DNA of 64,000 bases from Lachnospiraceae bacterium (GCA_024691125.1 JAILNV010000203.1:4354-68353), one strand, 5' to 3'; counted from the first letter of the stretch, positions 1 to 9,832 are shown. The notes: generated by a model from the letters alone, not told the origin. Program-made: numbers and translations.

Positions 1-404
1 AGTTCCGCGGTACAATGAGAGGCAAGGCTCTTCGCGGTAACACATTATCCTATGGTGAGTATGGTATCGTGGCAACAGAACCCTGCTGGATCAAGAGTAA
101 CCAGATAGAGGCAGCCCGTATTGCCATGACTCGTTATATCAAGCGTGGTGGTAAGGTTTGGATTAAGATTTTCCCCGATAAGCCCGTAACGGCTAAGCCC
201 GCTGAGACCAGAATGGGTTCAGGTAAGGGAGCGCTTGAGTATTGGGTAGCAGTAGTTAAGCCCGGACGTGTAATGTTTGAGATCGCAGGTGTACCTGAGG
301 AAACCGCAAGAGAAGCATTACGTCTGGCTACACATAAGCTTCCCTGCAAGTGCAAGATTGTTTCTAAGGCAGACTTGGAAGGCGGTGTGGCGAATGAAGA
401 ATAA
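1..404 (+). CDS. rplP: 50S ribosomal protein L16, 5' end cut by the window edge
   Basis: The frame is open from position 3 ([12 protein letters not shown]...). The sequence matches the conserved L16 core, and its position before L29/S17 fits the S10-spc operon order. Confidence 0.95.
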   Translation, partial: FRGTMRGKALRGNTLSYGEYGIVATEPCWIKSNQIEAARIAMTRYIKRGGKVWIKIFPDKPVTAKPAETRMGSGKGALEYWVAVVKPGRVMFEIAGVPEETAREALRLATHKLPCKCKIVSKADLEGGVANEE

Positions 405-603
405 TAAATATGTAGAAGAACTTAAGAGTAAGTCAAATGCAGAGCTTCAGGAGGATCTTGTAGCTGCAAAGAAAGAGCTTTTCAATCTGAGATTCCAGAA
501 CGCAACGAATCAGCTTGACAATACCGGAAGGATCAAAGAGGTTAGAAGGAACATTGCAAGGATCAAGACAGTCATTACCGAGAAGGCTAAGGCTGAGGCG
601 TAA
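394..603 (+). CDS. rpmC: 50S ribosomal protein L29
   Basis: The internal ATG at 394 overlaps the rplP stop. The 69-aa product [22 protein letters not shown]...LRFQ is typical of L29. The longer track ORF from 277 is a frame artefact. Confidence 0.93.
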   Translation: MKNNKYVEELKSKSNAELQEDLVAAKKELFNLRFQNATNQLDNTGRIKEVRRNIARIKTVITEKAKAEA

Positions 604-617
604 GAAGGGAGCAGACG

Positions 618-872
618 ATGGAAAGAAATTTGAGAAAGACACGTACCGGCAAGGTAATAAGTGATAAGATGGACAAGACGGTTGTTGTAGCTGTTGAGGA
701 TCATGTAAAGCATCCTCTTTATAAGAAGATCGTTAAGAAGACCTACAAGCTTAAAGCTCATGATGAGAACAATGACTGCAAGGTCGGTGATACAGTAAAG
801 GTTATGGAGACAAGAAGACTTTCCAAGGATAAGAGATGGAGACTTGTCGAAATAGTAGAGAAGGCTAAATAA
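618..872 (+). CDS. rpsQ: 30S ribosomal protein S17
   Basis: 84 aa, with the characteristic [19 protein letters not shown] motif and a GGGAG RBS upstream. Confidence 0.95.
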   Translation: MERNLRKTRTGKVISDKMDKTVVVAVEDHVKHPLYKKIVKKTYKLKAHDENNDCKVGDTVKVMETRRLSKDKRWRLVEIVEKAK

Positions 873-888
873 AGAAGGAGATAAAGGC

Positions 889-1257
889 ATGATACAGCAG
901 GAAACCAGACTTAAGGTCGCTGATAACACAGGTGCTAAAGAACTTCTGTGCATCAGGGTTATGGGCGGTTCCGTAAGAAGATATGCAAATATTGGCGATA
1001 TCATTGTTGCTACCGTTAAAGATGCAACGCCAGGCGGCGTTGTAAAGAAGGGCGATGTAGTTAAGGCAGTTGTTGTCCGTACCGTAAAGGGTGCCCGCCG
1101 TAAAGATGGATCATATATTCGCTTCGATGAGAACGCTGCGGTTATCATCAAGGATGACAAGACTCCCAGAGGAACCCGTATTTTTGGACCCGTAGCAAGA
1201 GAGCTTCGTGACAAGCAGTTTATGAAGATTGTTTCACTGGCTCCCGAAGTATTATAG
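889..1257 (+). CDS. rplN: 50S ribosomal protein L14
   Basis: The N-terminus [17 protein letters not shown] is canonical for L14. Confidence 0.97.
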   Translation: MIQQETRLKVADNTGAKELLCIRVMGGSVRRYANIGDIIVATVKDATPGGVVKKGDVVKAVVVRTVKGARRKDGSYIRFDENAAVIIKDDKTPRGTRIFGPVARELRDKQFMKIVSLAPEVL

Positions 1258-1268
1258 GAGGTAGACAG

Positions 1269-1580
1269 ATGGCAACAATGAAGATAAAGAATGGCGATAC
1301 GGTTAAGGTTATCGCCGGTAAGGATGTCGGAGTCGAAGGCAAGGTCATTGCTGTCGACAAAAAGAACGGCAAGGTAAAGGTTGAGGGCGTGAATATCGTC
1401 AAGAAGCACACCAAGCCTTCAGTTGCAAATCAGAACGGCGGTATTGTTGAGCAGGAAGCATTCATTGATGCTTCAAACGTAATGTATGTTCACAATGGCA
1501 AGCCTACAAGAATCGGTTTCAAGGTTGAGAACGGCAAGAAGGTCCGTATCGCCAAGAAGACCGGTGAAGCAGTTGATTAA
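1269..1580 (+). CDS. rplX: 50S ribosomal protein L24
   Basis: KOW-type motif ([17 protein letters not shown]) and the expected operon position. Confidence 0.95.
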   Translation: MATMKIKNGDTVKVIAGKDVGVEGKVIAVDKKNGKVKVEGVNIVKKHTKPSVANQNGGIVEQEAFIDASNVMYVHNGKPTRIGFKVENGKKVRIAKKTGEAVD

Positions 1581-1602
1581 TCTATGAGAGGAGGCTTAAG
1601 AC

Positions 1603-2142
1603 GTGAGCAGATACAAAGATTTGTATAAAGATCAGATCGTTGACGGTATGATGAAGAAGTTCGGATACAAGAATGTTATGGAAGTACCCAAGCTTGACAA
1701 GATCGTCATAAATATGGGCGTTGGTGAAGCAAAGGACAACGCAAAGGTGCTTGAGTCCGCAGTTAAGGATCTTGAGACCATTACCGGACAGAAGGCCGTT
1801 ATCACACGAGCTAAGAACGCTGTGGCTAACTTCAAGATAAGAGAGGGAATGGCTATCGGATGTAAGGTAACACTCAGAGGTGAGAGAATGTACGAGTTCC
1901 TTGATCGTCTGGTAAATCTTGCATTACCTCGTGTACGTGACTTCAGAGGGGTAAATCCGAATGCTTTTGACGGCAGAGGAAATTATGCACTTGGAATCAA
2001 GGAGCAGCTTATCTTTCCTGAAATCGAGTATGACAAGATAGATAAAGTAAGAGGTATGGATGTTATCTGTGTAACAACAGCAAGAACTGATGAGGAAGCA
2101 AGGGAATTGCTTACACAGTTTGGTATGCCGTTTGCAAAGTAA
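1603..2142 (+). CDS. rplE: 50S ribosomal protein L5
   Basis: GTG start after a GAGGAGG RBS. The product contains conserved L5 blocks ([32 protein letters not shown]). Confidence 0.96.
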   Translation: MSRYKDLYKDQIVDGMMKKFGYKNVMEVPKLDKIVINMGVGEAKDNAKVLESAVKDLETITGQKAVITRAKNAVANFKIREGMAIGCKVTLRGERMYEFLDRLVNLALPRVRDFRGVNPNAFDGRGNYALGIKEQLIFPEIEYDKIDKVRGMDVICVTTARTDEEARELLTQFGMPFAK

Positions 2143-2173
2143 TTTGGGTTGATTAGATTAGGAGGATTCGTTC

Positions 2174-2359
2174 ATGGCTAAGACAGCAATGAAGGTTAAA
2201 CAGCAGCGCAAGCAGAAGTTCTCAACCAGAGAATATAATCGTTGCAGGATATGCGGACGCCCGCATGCTTATCTGAGAAAATACGGAATATGCAGAATAT
2301 GCTTCCGTGAGTTGGCTTACAAGGGACAGATACCGGGCGTTAAGAAGGCAAGCTGGTAA
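2174..2359 (+). CDS. rpsN: 30S ribosomal protein S14, type Z (zinc-binding, 61 aa)
   Basis: Short S14 form carrying CRICGR...CRIC cysteine pairs, in the expected position between L5 and S8. Confidence 0.95.
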   Translation: MAKTAMKVKQQRKQKFSTREYNRCRICGRPHAYLRKYGICRICFRELAYKGQIPGVKKASW

Positions 2360-2387
2360 TTCATAATAAAGTGAGGAGGAAAGAGAA

Positions 2388-2789
2388 ATGACGACTAGTG
2401 ATCCTATTGCAGATATGCTTACAAGAATACGTAATGCAAATACCGCAAAGCATGATACAGTAGATGTTCCTTCATCCAAGATGAAGCTTGCTATAGCAGA
2501 GATTCTTTTAAATGAAGGTTACATTAAGAAATATGAGCTGGTTGATGCAGGCTCATTCAAGAATATTCACATCACACTTAAGTATGGTGAGGATAAGAAC
2601 GAGAAGATTATTTCGGGTCTTAAGAGGATAAGCAAGCCGGGTCTTCGTGTATATGCAGGCAAGGATGAGCTTCCCAAGGTTCTTGGCGGACTCGGTATTG
2701 CTATTATTTCAACCAACAACGGAGTAGTTACGGACAAAGAAGCACGTAAAGCAGGCGTTGGCGGCGAAGTACTTGCATTCGTATGGTAG
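2388..2789 (+). CDS. rpsH: 30S ribosomal protein S8
   Basis: The N-terminus [17 protein letters not shown] is canonical for S8. Confidence 0.97.
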   Translation: MTTSDPIADMLTRIRNANTAKHDTVDVPSSKMKLAIAEILLNEGYIKKYELVDAGSFKNIHITLKYGEDKNEKIISGLKRISKPGLRVYAGKDELPKVLGGLGIAIISTNNGVVTDKEARKAGVGGEVLAFVW

Positions 2790-2960
2790 CGAGCGAAAAG
2801 AAATCAAGCACTAACGAAGTGAGTATTTGAAGCGAGGACGGAAAACAAGCACGAACAAAGTGAGTATTTGTTTTTACCCGAGCGTACATCGAGATAATCG
2901 TGAGCATCAAAGATGCGACGGATGCGTAGCGGACGGATTATCGAGAGCATTTGTACAGGT
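2790..2960 (+). repeat. Non-coding insert with an imperfect tandem repeat of about 40 nt and a hairpin, between rpsH and rplF
   Basis: Units at about 2790-2828 and 2831-2869 share 25 of 28 positions over ...AAA(T/A)CAAGCAC(T/G)AAC(G/A)AAGTGAGTATTT. A stem GATAATC/GATTATC (2892-2898 and 2936-2942) encloses GCGTAGCGGA (2924-2933). Confidence 0.6.
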
Positions 2961-2995
2961 AGTAATAAATGTAAAAATATATAGGAGGTACGGGC

Positions 2996-3538
2996 ATGTC
3001 ACGTATAGGAAGAATGCCAATCGCTATCCCTGCGGGAGTTACCGTAGAGGTGGCAGAAAATAATAAGGTGACTGTAAAGGGTCCCAAGGGTACACTGGAA
3101 AGAGTCATGGTACCTGAGATGGAGATCAAGGTAGACGGCGCAGTTGCAACAGTAAGCCGTCCTAACGATCTTAAGAGAATGAAATCTCTTCATGGTCTTA
3201 CAAGAACATTGTTAAACAACATGATCGTAGGTGTAACCGATGGGTACGAGAAGGTTCTGGAGATCAACGGTGTTGGTTACAGAGCAGCTAAGCAGGGTAA
3301 GAAGCTTACATTATCATTAGGTTATTCACACCCTGTTGAGATGGAAGATCCCGAGGGTATCGAGACTGTTCTTGAAGGACAGAACAAGATAACGGTTAAG
3401 GGTATCGACAAGGAAAAGGTTGGACAGTACGCAGCCGAGATCAGAGACAAGAGAAGACCTGAACCTTACAAGGGCAAGGGTATCAAGTATGCTGATGAAA
3501 CTATAAGACGCAAGGTTGGTAAGACCGGTAAGAAATAA
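2996..3538 (+). CDS. rplF: 50S ribosomal protein L6
   Basis: [19 protein letters not shown] is a canonical L6 start, preceded by a GGAGG RBS. Confidence 0.96.
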   Translation: MSRIGRMPIAIPAGVTVEVAENNKVTVKGPKGTLERVMVPEMEIKVDGAVATVSRPNDLKRMKSLHGLTRTLLNNMIVGVTDGYEKVLEINGVGYRAAKQGKKLTLSLGYSHPVEMEDPEGIETVLEGQNKITVKGIDKEKVGQYAAEIRDKRRPEPYKGKGIKYADETIRRKVGKTGKK

Positions 3539-3555
3539 ATAAGGAGTGTGTGAAA

Positions 3556-3924
3556 ATGGTTAGTAAGAAATCAAGATCGGAAGTTCGTATTAAAAAGCAC
3601 AAAAGAATGCGTAACCGTTTCAGCGGCACTGCTGAGAGACCGCGTCTTTCCGTGTTCAGAAGTAATAATCATATGTATGCGCAGATAATAGATGATACAG
3701 TTGGCAATACTCTGGTTGCTGCATCCACTCTTGAGAAGGATGTAAAGTCAGAGCTTAAGAAGACCAACGATGTTGAAGCAGCAGCATACCTTGGAACCGT
3801 AATTGCCAAGAAAGCTCTTGATAAGGGAATCAAGGAAGTGGTTTTTGACAGAGGCGGCTTTATATATCAGGGTAAGATCAGGGCATTGGCAGAGGCGGCA
3901 AGAGAAGCCGGCTTAGAGTTCTAA
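3556..3924 (+). CDS. rplR: 50S ribosomal protein L18
   Basis: The ATG at 3556 lies 9 nt after the AAGGAG RBS. The product carries L18 motifs ([43 protein letters not shown]). Confidence 0.94.
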   Translation: MVSKKSRSEVRIKKHKRMRNRFSGTAERPRLSVFRSNNHMYAQIIDDTVGNTLVAASTLEKDVKSELKKTNDVEAAAYLGTVIAKKALDKGIKEVVFDRGGFIYQGKIRALAEAAREAGLEF

Positions 3925-3940
3925 GAAGGGAGATTTATTC

Positions 3941-4450
3941 ATGAAACGTACTATCATAGATACAAGCAACATGGAGCTTCAGGAAAAAGTCGTTTCCATC
4001 AAGCGTGTAACAAAGGTTGTAAAGGGTGGTCGTAACATGCGATTCACTGCCTTAGTAGTAGTCGGTGACGGAAACGGTCATGTCGGTGCAGGTCTTGGAA
4101 AGGCAACAGAAATTCCCGAAGCGATCCGCAAGGGTAAAGAAGATGCTACCAAGAGGCTTGTTTCTGTCGCTCTTGACGAGAATAAGAGTATTACTCATGA
4201 TTACAGCGGTAAGTTCGGAGGAGCCAATGTTCTTCTTAAGAGAGCTCCCGAAGGTACCGGTGTTATTGCCGGCGGTCCCGCACGTTCAGTGTGTGAGCTC
4301 GCAGGTATCAAGAATATACGTACCAAATCGTTGGGGTCTAACAACAAGCAGAATGTTGTTTTGGCTACGATCGAAGCTTTAAGCCAGCTTAAGACTCCTG
4401 AAGAGGTAGCACGTCTTCGCGGCAAGTCTGTTGAAGAGGTTGTAGGCTGA
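3941..4450 (+). CDS. rpsE: 30S ribosomal protein S5
   Basis: Contains conserved S5 blocks ([27 protein letters not shown]). Confidence 0.96.
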   Translation: MKRTIIDTSNMELQEKVVSIKRVTKVVKGGRNMRFTALVVVGDGNGHVGAGLGKATEIPEAIRKGKEDATKRLVSVALDENKSITHDYSGKFGGANVLLKRAPEGTGVIAGGPARSVCELAGIKNIRTKSLGSNNKQNVVLATIEALSQLKTPEEVARLRGKSVEEVVG

Positions 4451-4469
4451 TATAGGGAGGAAACGGAAA

Positions 4470-4661
4470 ATGGCTGATAAGAAAATAAAGGTTACACTGG
4501 TGAAATCAACTATCGGTGCCATTCCTAAGCACAGGGCAACAGTGGCTGCCCTTGGACTTAAGAAGACAGGCAGAAGTAATATTCTTCCCGATAATGACGC
4601 TGTTCGCGGAATGTGCAAGCAGGTATGTCATTTGGTGAAGGTAGAAGAAGTAGCAGAATAA
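4470..4661 (+). CDS. rpmD: 50S ribosomal protein L30
   Basis: 63 aa, KVTLVKSTIGAIPKHRATVAALGLKK, typical of L30. Confidence 0.94.
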   Translation: MADKKIKVTLVKSTIGAIPKHRATVAALGLKKTGRSNILPDNDAVRGMCKQVCHLVKVEEVAE

Positions 4662-4681
4662 AAGAGAAGGAGGTGTCATAG

Positions 4682-5122
4682 ATGGAATTATCGAATTTAC
4701 AGCCTGCAGAGGGCTCTAAGCATAGTGATAATTTTAGAAGAGGACGCGGACACGGCTCGGGAAACGGTAAGACTGCCGGTAAGGGTCATAAGGGTCAGAA
4801 GGCTCGTTCGGGCGCACCCAGAATAGGTTTTGAGGGTGGTCAGATGCCTTTATACAGAAGAATCCCCAAGAGAGGCTTCAAGAACAGAAATACCAAGGAT
4901 ATTGTTGCTATCAACATTTCAAGTCTTGAGAAGTTTGAAAACGACTCTACGGTTACCGTTGAATCTTTGGTGGAGAGTGGAATTATCAGCAATCCCAGAG
5001 ATGGTGTTAAGATTCTTGGTAACGGTGAATTAACCAAGAAGCTTACGGTTCAGGTAAATGCGTTCAGCGCATCTGCAAAAGAAAAGATTGAAGCTCTTGG
5101 TGGAAATGCTGAGGTGATCTAA
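4682..5122 (+). CDS. rplO: 50S ribosomal protein L15
   Basis: Typical L15 N-terminus: [39 protein letters not shown]. Confidence 0.96.
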   Translation: MELSNLQPAEGSKHSDNFRRGRGHGSGNGKTAGKGHKGQKARSGAPRIGFEGGQMPLYRRIPKRGFKNRNTKDIVAINISSLEKFENDSTVTVESLVESGIISNPRDGVKILGNGELTKKLTVQVNAFSASAKEKIEALGGNAEVI

Positions 5123-6435
5123 TGTTTAAAACATTCCGCAATGCATTAAAGGTTCCTGAGATAAGGAAACGACTTATCTTTACCTTTTTAATGATGATCG
5201 TGATAAGGTTAGGATGCCAGCTTCCTGTTCCCGGAGTGGACAGAGAGTATTTTTCCAACTGGTTCGCGCAGCAGACGGGTGATTCATTTAATTTCATAGA
5301 TGCTTTTACCGGTGGATCTTTCCTTAATATGTCGGTATTTGCTCTTAATATCACTCCGTATATTACAAGTTCCATTATTATGCAGCTCTTAACAATTGCA
5401 ATTCCCAAGCTTGAGGAGATGCAAAAAGAGGGCGAGGACGGAAGAAAGAAGATAGCTTCAATAACCCGTTATGTAACTGTAGGACTTGCTCTTATAGAGT
5501 CAACAGCCATGGCTATCGGCTTTGGTAATCAGGGATTGCTGGAGAAATTTAATTTCTTAAGTGTATTTACTGTAATATGTGCTCTTACGGCAGGTTCCGC
5601 ATTCCTTATGTGGATCGGTGAGCAGATAACAGAGAGTGGACTTGGAAACGGTATTTCAATAGTGCTCATTATAAACATTATTTCCAGGATACCTCAGGAT
5701 TTTACATCTCTTTATGCCCAGTTCATGAAGGATAAATCTTTTGCAAAGGCTTTTATAGCCGCAATAGTGATCATAGCTATCGTGTTGATCACCATAATCC
5801 TTACAGTTATCTTAAACGGTGGTGAGAGAAGGATACCTGTGCAGTATGCAAAGAAGGTTCAGGGAAGAAAGACCTACGGCGGTCAGTCATCACATATTCC
5901 TTTAAAGGTAAACACCGGTGGTGTTATTCCCATCATCTTTGCTTCCAGCCTTATGCAGCTTCCGGTTGTTATATCATCTTTCGTATCGAGCAATCAGGCA
6001 GGAGCATGGGGTACATTCCTCAGGATAATGAGTTCCAGAAACTGGTTTAAGCCTGACAACTGGTTCTACTCAATAGGTGCTGTCATTTATATAGTACTGG
6101 TTATATTCTTTGCATATTTCTATACGTCGATAACCTTCAATCCGTTGGAGATTGCCGACAATATGAAGAAACAGGGTGGATTCGTACCGGGTATAAGACC
6201 GGGCAAGCCTACCAGTGAATATCTAACAAAAATACTTAATTACATTGTATTTATCGGAGCGGTCGGTCTTATTATTGTTGCCATGATACCGATATTCTGT
6301 AACGGTATGTTCGGAGCTGATGTTTCATTCGGCGGCACATCTCTGATCATTATTGTAGGTGTTGTTCTCGAAACAATGAAACAGGTAGAATCGATGATGC
6401 TCGTAAGGAATTACAAAGGATTTCTTGATAATTAG
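5122..6435 (+). CDS. secY: Preprotein translocase subunit SecY
   Basis: 437-aa polytopic protein with SecY motifs (ALNITPYITSSIIMQLL, GISIVLIINI), in the canonical position after rplO. Confidence 0.97.
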   Translation: MFKTFRNALKVPEIRKRLIFTFLMMIVIRLGCQLPVPGVDREYFSNWFAQQTGDSFNFIDAFTGGSFLNMSVFALNITPYITSSIIMQLLTIAIPKLEEMQKEGEDGRKKIASITRYVTVGLALIESTAMAIGFGNQGLLEKFNFLSVFTVICALTAGSAFLMWIGEQITESGLGNGISIVLIINIISRIPQDFTSLYAQFMKDKSFAKAFIAAIVIIAIVLITIILTVILNGGERRIPVQYAKKVQGRKTYGGQSSHIPLKVNTGGVIPIIFASSLMQLPVVISSFVSSNQAGAWGTFLRIMSSRNWFKPDNWFYSIGAVIYIVLVIFFAYFYTSITFNPLEIADNMKKQGGFVPGIRPGKPTSEYLTKILNYIVFIGAVGLIIVAMIPIFCNGMFGADVSFGGTSLIIIVGVVLETMKQVESMMLVRNYKGFLDN

Positions 6436-6447
6436 GGATTTATAAAT

Positions 6448-6489
6448 ACACACATAAGACAAGGTTTAACAGCCTTGTCTTTGGTGTGT
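6448..6489 (+). other. Long imperfect stem-loop between secY and adk (possible attenuator or processing/stability element)
   Basis: ACACAC-ATAAGACAAGG ... CCTTGTCTT-GGTGTGT gives about 15 paired positions. It has no clear U-tract, so it is not a canonical terminator. Confidence 0.4.
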
Positions 6490-6514
6490 TAAATATTAGG
6501 GAAGGGTTACACTT

Positions 6515-7171
6515 ATGAAGATTATAATGCTTGGCGCACCCGGCGCAGGAAAAGGAACACAGGCTAAGATGATTGCCGAGAAATATGGCATACCCCATGT
6601 TTCCACGGGAGATATTTTCAGAGCCAATATTAAGAATCAGACAGAGCTTGGTATGGAAGCAAAGAAATATATGGATCAGGGGCTTCTTGTACCTGATGAG
6701 CTTACAGTGAAAATATTGCTTGACAGAGTGGCAAAGGACGACTGCAAAAACGGCTATGTACTGGATGGATTTCCAAGGACCATACCACAGGCAGAAGTAC
6801 TCGATAAAGCTGTAGCGGAGCTGAATGAGAGTATTGATTTTGCTATAAATGTTGATGTTAAAGACGAGAGTATAATAAAGAGAATGTCAGGAAGAAGGGC
6901 ATGTCTTAAGTGCGGTGCAACATATCATATAGAACACATACCTCCGAAGCAGGAGGGTATCTGCGACAGCTGTGGTTCTGAACTGGTGCTTAGGGATGAT
7001 GACAAGCCGGAGACGGTTAAGAAGCGTCTTTCGGTATACCATGAACAGACACAGCCGCTTATAGATTATTATAGTAAGAAGGGAATTTTAAGAGAGGTGA
7101 ACGGTTCGCAGGATATGAAGGATGTATTCAATGCGATAGTCACCATTCTGGACAGTGCGGTAAAGCATTGA
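6515..7171 (+). CDS. adk: Adenylate kinase (zinc-lid type)
   Basis: P-loop GAPGAGKGTQ, and a lid with CLKCGATYH...CDSCG. Confidence 0.97.
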   Translation: MKIIMLGAPGAGKGTQAKMIAEKYGIPHVSTGDIFRANIKNQTELGMEAKKYMDQGLLVPDELTVKILLDRVAKDDCKNGYVLDGFPRTIPQAEVLDKAVAELNESIDFAINVDVKDESIIKRMSGRRACLKCGATYHIEHIPPKQEGICDSCGSELVLRDDDKPETVKKRLSVYHEQTQPLIDYYSKKGILREVNGSQDMKDVFNAIVTILDSAVKH

Positions 7172-7186
7172 AAAGGTGAGTAAGAA

Positions 7187-7945
7187 ATGGCAGTAACAGT
7201 TAAATCGGAAAGAGAGATTGACCTCATGCGTGAGGCCGGAAAAAGGCTCGAGTATGTACACAATAAGATGGCAGAAATGATCAAACCGGGTATATCAACC
7301 TGGGAGATTGATAAATACGGAGAAAGGCTTATAAGAGAACAGGGATGTACTCCTAATTTCCTTAATTATAATGGCTTTCCCGCTTCAATATGTGTTTCGG
7401 TTAATGAAGAAGTTGTTCACGGTATACCCAGAAAAGACAGGATACTTAAGGATGGAGACATAGTAAGCCTTGACTGTGGGCTTATTTATAAGGGTTATCA
7501 TTCCGATGCCGCAAGGACACATGCGGTCGGTAAGGTCAGTGATGATGTTCTTAAGCTCATGGAGGTAACTAAACAGAGCTTTTTCGAAGGTATAAAGAAG
7601 GCTACTGATGGAGCTTATCTGTTTGAGATCTCAAATGCCATCGATGATTTTATTACACCTCATGGATACGGAATAGTAGAGGCACTGGTGGGTCACGGAA
7701 TAGGAACAAAACTTCATGAGGATCCCCAGATACCGAATTTCAGACAGAGGCGGAAGGGTCTTAAGCTAAGAGCCGGGATGACACTGGCGATAGAGCCGAT
7801 GATCAATCTCGGTACCTATGAGGTTGAATGGCTGGATGATGACTGGACAGTTGTTACAGAAGACGGGAAGCCGTCAGCCCATTATGAAAATACGATACTG
7901 GTTACGACCGGCGAGCCGGAAATATTAACATTGAATCGCTGGTAG
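7187..7945 (+). CDS. map: Methionine aminopeptidase type I
   Basis: MetAP metal-ligand blocks are present (DIVSLDCG, HGIGTKLHEDPQIPN, LAIEPMIN, SAHYENT). Confidence 0.96.
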   Translation: MAVTVKSEREIDLMREAGKRLEYVHNKMAEMIKPGISTWEIDKYGERLIREQGCTPNFLNYNGFPASICVSVNEEVVHGIPRKDRILKDGDIVSLDCGLIYKGYHSDAARTHAVGKVSDDVLKLMEVTKQSFFEGIKKATDGAYLFEISNAIDDFITPHGYGIVEALVGHGIGTKLHEDPQIPNFRQRRKGLKLRAGMTLAIEPMINLGTYEVEWLDDDWTVVTEDGKPSAHYENTILVTTGEPEILTLNRW

Positions 7946-7996
7946 AGTGAATATAAGTCCAAAAGGTTATTTGATTGAAAGATCAGGAGGAAATGA

Positions 7997-8215
7997 ATGT
8001 CAAAGGCAGATGTAATTGAATTGGAAGGAACAGTGATTGAGAAGCTTCCCAATGCAATGTTCCGAGTTAAGCTTGAAAATGATCATGAAGTTCTTGCACA
8101 TATAAGCGGTAAGCTTCGTATGAACTTTATCAGGATACTTCCGGGTGACAAGGTTACACTGGAAATGTCGCCGTATGATCTTTCAAAGGGACGGATAATC
8201 TGGAGAGATAAATAA
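7997..8215 (+). CDS. infA: Translation initiation factor IF-1
   Basis: 72 aa, [41 protein letters not shown], canonical for IF-1. Confidence 0.97.
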   Translation: MSKADVIELEGTVIEKLPNAMFRVKLENDHEVLAHISGKLRMNFIRILPGDKVTLEMSPYDLSKGRIIWRDK

Positions 8216-8238
8216 ATTGATTCTAAATCAACTTTTTA

Positions 8239-8267
8239 TTGATATTTAACACTCCGTGTGTTAAAAT
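8239..8267 (+). promoter_or_regulatory. Sigma-A-type internal promoter upstream of rpmJ
   Basis: TTGATA (8239-8244), a 17-nt spacer, and TAAAAT (8262-8267) with TG at -15/-14. It follows a weak hairpin plus T-run after infA. Confidence 0.55.
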
Positions 8268-8405
8268 ATAAAGCGGTCTTTTCGTGAGGACCAGGTTATT
8301 ATTGGTACGTAGGCTGGGATACACAACAGAATCCATGCGATTTACTATGTGTTGCAGCAAACGGTTCACACGAAACTGATTCGTGAGCAAGGAAGGAGGT
8401 TTAAC

Positions 8406-8519
8406 GTGAAGGTTAGATCATCAGTAAAACCGATTTGCGAGAAGTGCAAAATCATCAAGAGAAAGGGTAAGATCCGTGTGATCTGCGAGAACCCGAAGCA
8501 TAAGCAGAGACAAGGCTGA
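8406..8519 (+). CDS. rpmJ: 50S ribosomal protein L36 (zinc form); below the 60-aa cut-off of the ORF track
   Basis: GTG start 7 nt after GGAAGGAGG. My own translation gives [37 protein letters not shown] followed by a stop. Confidence 0.93.
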   Translation: MKVRSSVKPICEKCKIIKRKGKIRVICENPKHKQRQG

Positions 8520-8961
8520 TCATAAAGAAATCACATATTGATGGATGCTTTATGATGTTGTGCGAATGCTAAATCTCGTAACAAAATGCGGCTGAAACAT
8601 CTGCTTACCCGGCACCGTCATGCGGGGTGAAGCGGAATCCTGACGAACAATTATCAGTCGGATGGCTGATGACATTTATTCGGCAGGCTCTCCGGAGTAT
8701 TTCCGGAGTCGAGATAGATAACCTGAATCAGTAATCCTTAGGGATTCAAAACGGGTCATCTACAATTGATACTGATGTGCATATTTAAACAGGAAATATA
8801 AATGCATATCGGAAAAGGCCGTGTATATGATATGAGTATCTACATATTATATACAGGGTTGATCGGTTTAAGCCGGTCCAGTCAATCAGTAGTAACTGTC
8901 CAAAGCTAAATTGCAGAGACGGACAGGTACAGAAACAAAACATTATTTGGAGGAAACAGAA
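8520..8961 (+). other. 442-nt non-coding spacer between rpmJ and rpsM with several stem-loops; unassigned structured-RNA or repeat-element candidate
   Basis: No ORF of 60 aa or more is present, and the only short ORF I noted (14 aa from ATGCGGCTG...) has no RBS. Hairpins lie at 8690-8708, 8733-8746, 8861-8878 and 8896-8926. The region shares sequence modules with 19414-19620. Confidence 0.5.
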
Positions 8962-9330
8962 ATGGCTCGTATTTCAGGTGTTGATTTACCAAGAGACAAG
9001 CGTGTGGAGATAGGTCTTACCTATGTATATGGTATAGGAAGGCCGTCAGCCACAAAAATCTTAGCGGCTGCTAAGGTTAATCCGGATACCAGATGCCGTG
9101 ATCTTACTGATGAAGAGGTTAAGAGGATCAGTGAGATAATTGAGGCAGATTATCAGGTAGAAGGTGATCTGAGACGTGAAGTTGCTATGAATATTAAGCG
9201 TCTTCAGGAAATAGGCTGCTACAGAGGAATCCGTCACAGGAAGGGACTTCCCGTACGTGGTCAGAAAACCAAGACGAATGCACGTACACGTAAGGGTCCC
9301 AAGAGGACAGTAGCCGGAAAGAAGAAGTAA
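8962..9330 (+). CDS. rpsM: 30S ribosomal protein S13
   Basis: ATG after a [38 protein letters not shown] is canonical for S13. The upstream TTG extension in the track is rejected. Confidence 0.96.
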   Translation: MARISGVDLPRDKRVEIGLTYVYGIGRPSATKILAAAKVNPDTRCRDLTDEEVKRISEIIEADYQVEGDLRREVAMNIKRLQEIGCYRGIRHRKGLPVRGQKTKTNARTRKGPKRTVAGKKK

Positions 9331-9387
9331 ACCGGATAGAAGCAGTTGTTAAATATCTTATTTAGAGAAGAAAGTAGGTTAGTTTAA

Positions 9388-9783
9388 ATGGCAAAGAAGG
9401 TTGCAAAGAAAGTAACGAAGAAACGTGTCAAGAAAAACGTTGAACGAGGACAGGCACATATTCAGTCATCCTTTAATAATACTATAGTTACAATTACGGA
9501 TGCTGAGGGTAATGCTTTATCATGGGCAAGTGCCGGTGGTCTGGGTTTTAGAGGTTCAAGGAAATCTACTCCGTATGCAGCACAGATGGCTGCAGAGACA
9601 GCTACCAAGGCAGCGCTGGTACATGGTCTTAAGACTGTAGATGTTATGGTTAAGGGTCCCGGATCGGGACGCGAGGCAGCTATCAGAGCACTCGCAGCTA
9701 ACGGTCTTACCGTTATAAGCATCACTGATGTAACACCCGTTCCGCATAACGGATGTCGTCCACCCAAGCGCAGAAGAGTCTAG
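9388..9783 (+). CDS. rpsK: 30S ribosomal protein S11
   Basis: Contains conserved S11 blocks: [30 protein letters not shown] ... [13 protein letters not shown]. Confidence 0.97.
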   Translation: MAKKVAKKVTKKRVKKNVERGQAHIQSSFNNTIVTITDAEGNALSWASAGGLGFRGSRKSTPYAAQMAAETATKAALVHGLKTVDVMVKGPGSGREAAIRALAANGLTVISITDVTPVPHNGCRPPKRRRV

Positions 9784-9832
9784 TGCAGCATAATAACTGT
9801 AGTTTTAGTCCAAAATTAGGAGGAAATAATAG

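Noticed and set aside
510-1409. Long minus-strand ORFs antisense to well-supported genes: 510-1409 (299 aa), 25031-25837, 27444-28415, 49945-50550, 54333-55052, 56673-57296, 59755-60381, 60242-60937 and 36527-37135.
   Set aside because: Each lies entirely opposite a gene with unambiguous homology or strong coding features. None has an RBS, and their compositions are skewed (Ser/Leu/Ile/Cys-rich) in the way typical of shadow ORFs. They were treated as non-coding.
2827-3063. 78-aa plus-strand ORF spanning the rpsH-rplF spacer and running into rplF.
   Set aside because: It has a non-ATG start and no SD sequence, overlaps the rplF start in another frame, and has an Arg/Cys-rich composition. The region is better explained as a non-coding repeat insert.
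8520-8961. The rpmJ-rpsM spacer considered as a T-box, a known riboswitch or a group I/II intron fragment.
   Set aside because: I could not find the diagnostic sequences (T-box AATTAGGGTGGNACCGCG-type motif, specifier or GA-motif arrangement, intron domain V-like hairpin), and there is no terminator/antiterminator pair before rpsM. It is left as an unassigned structured region.
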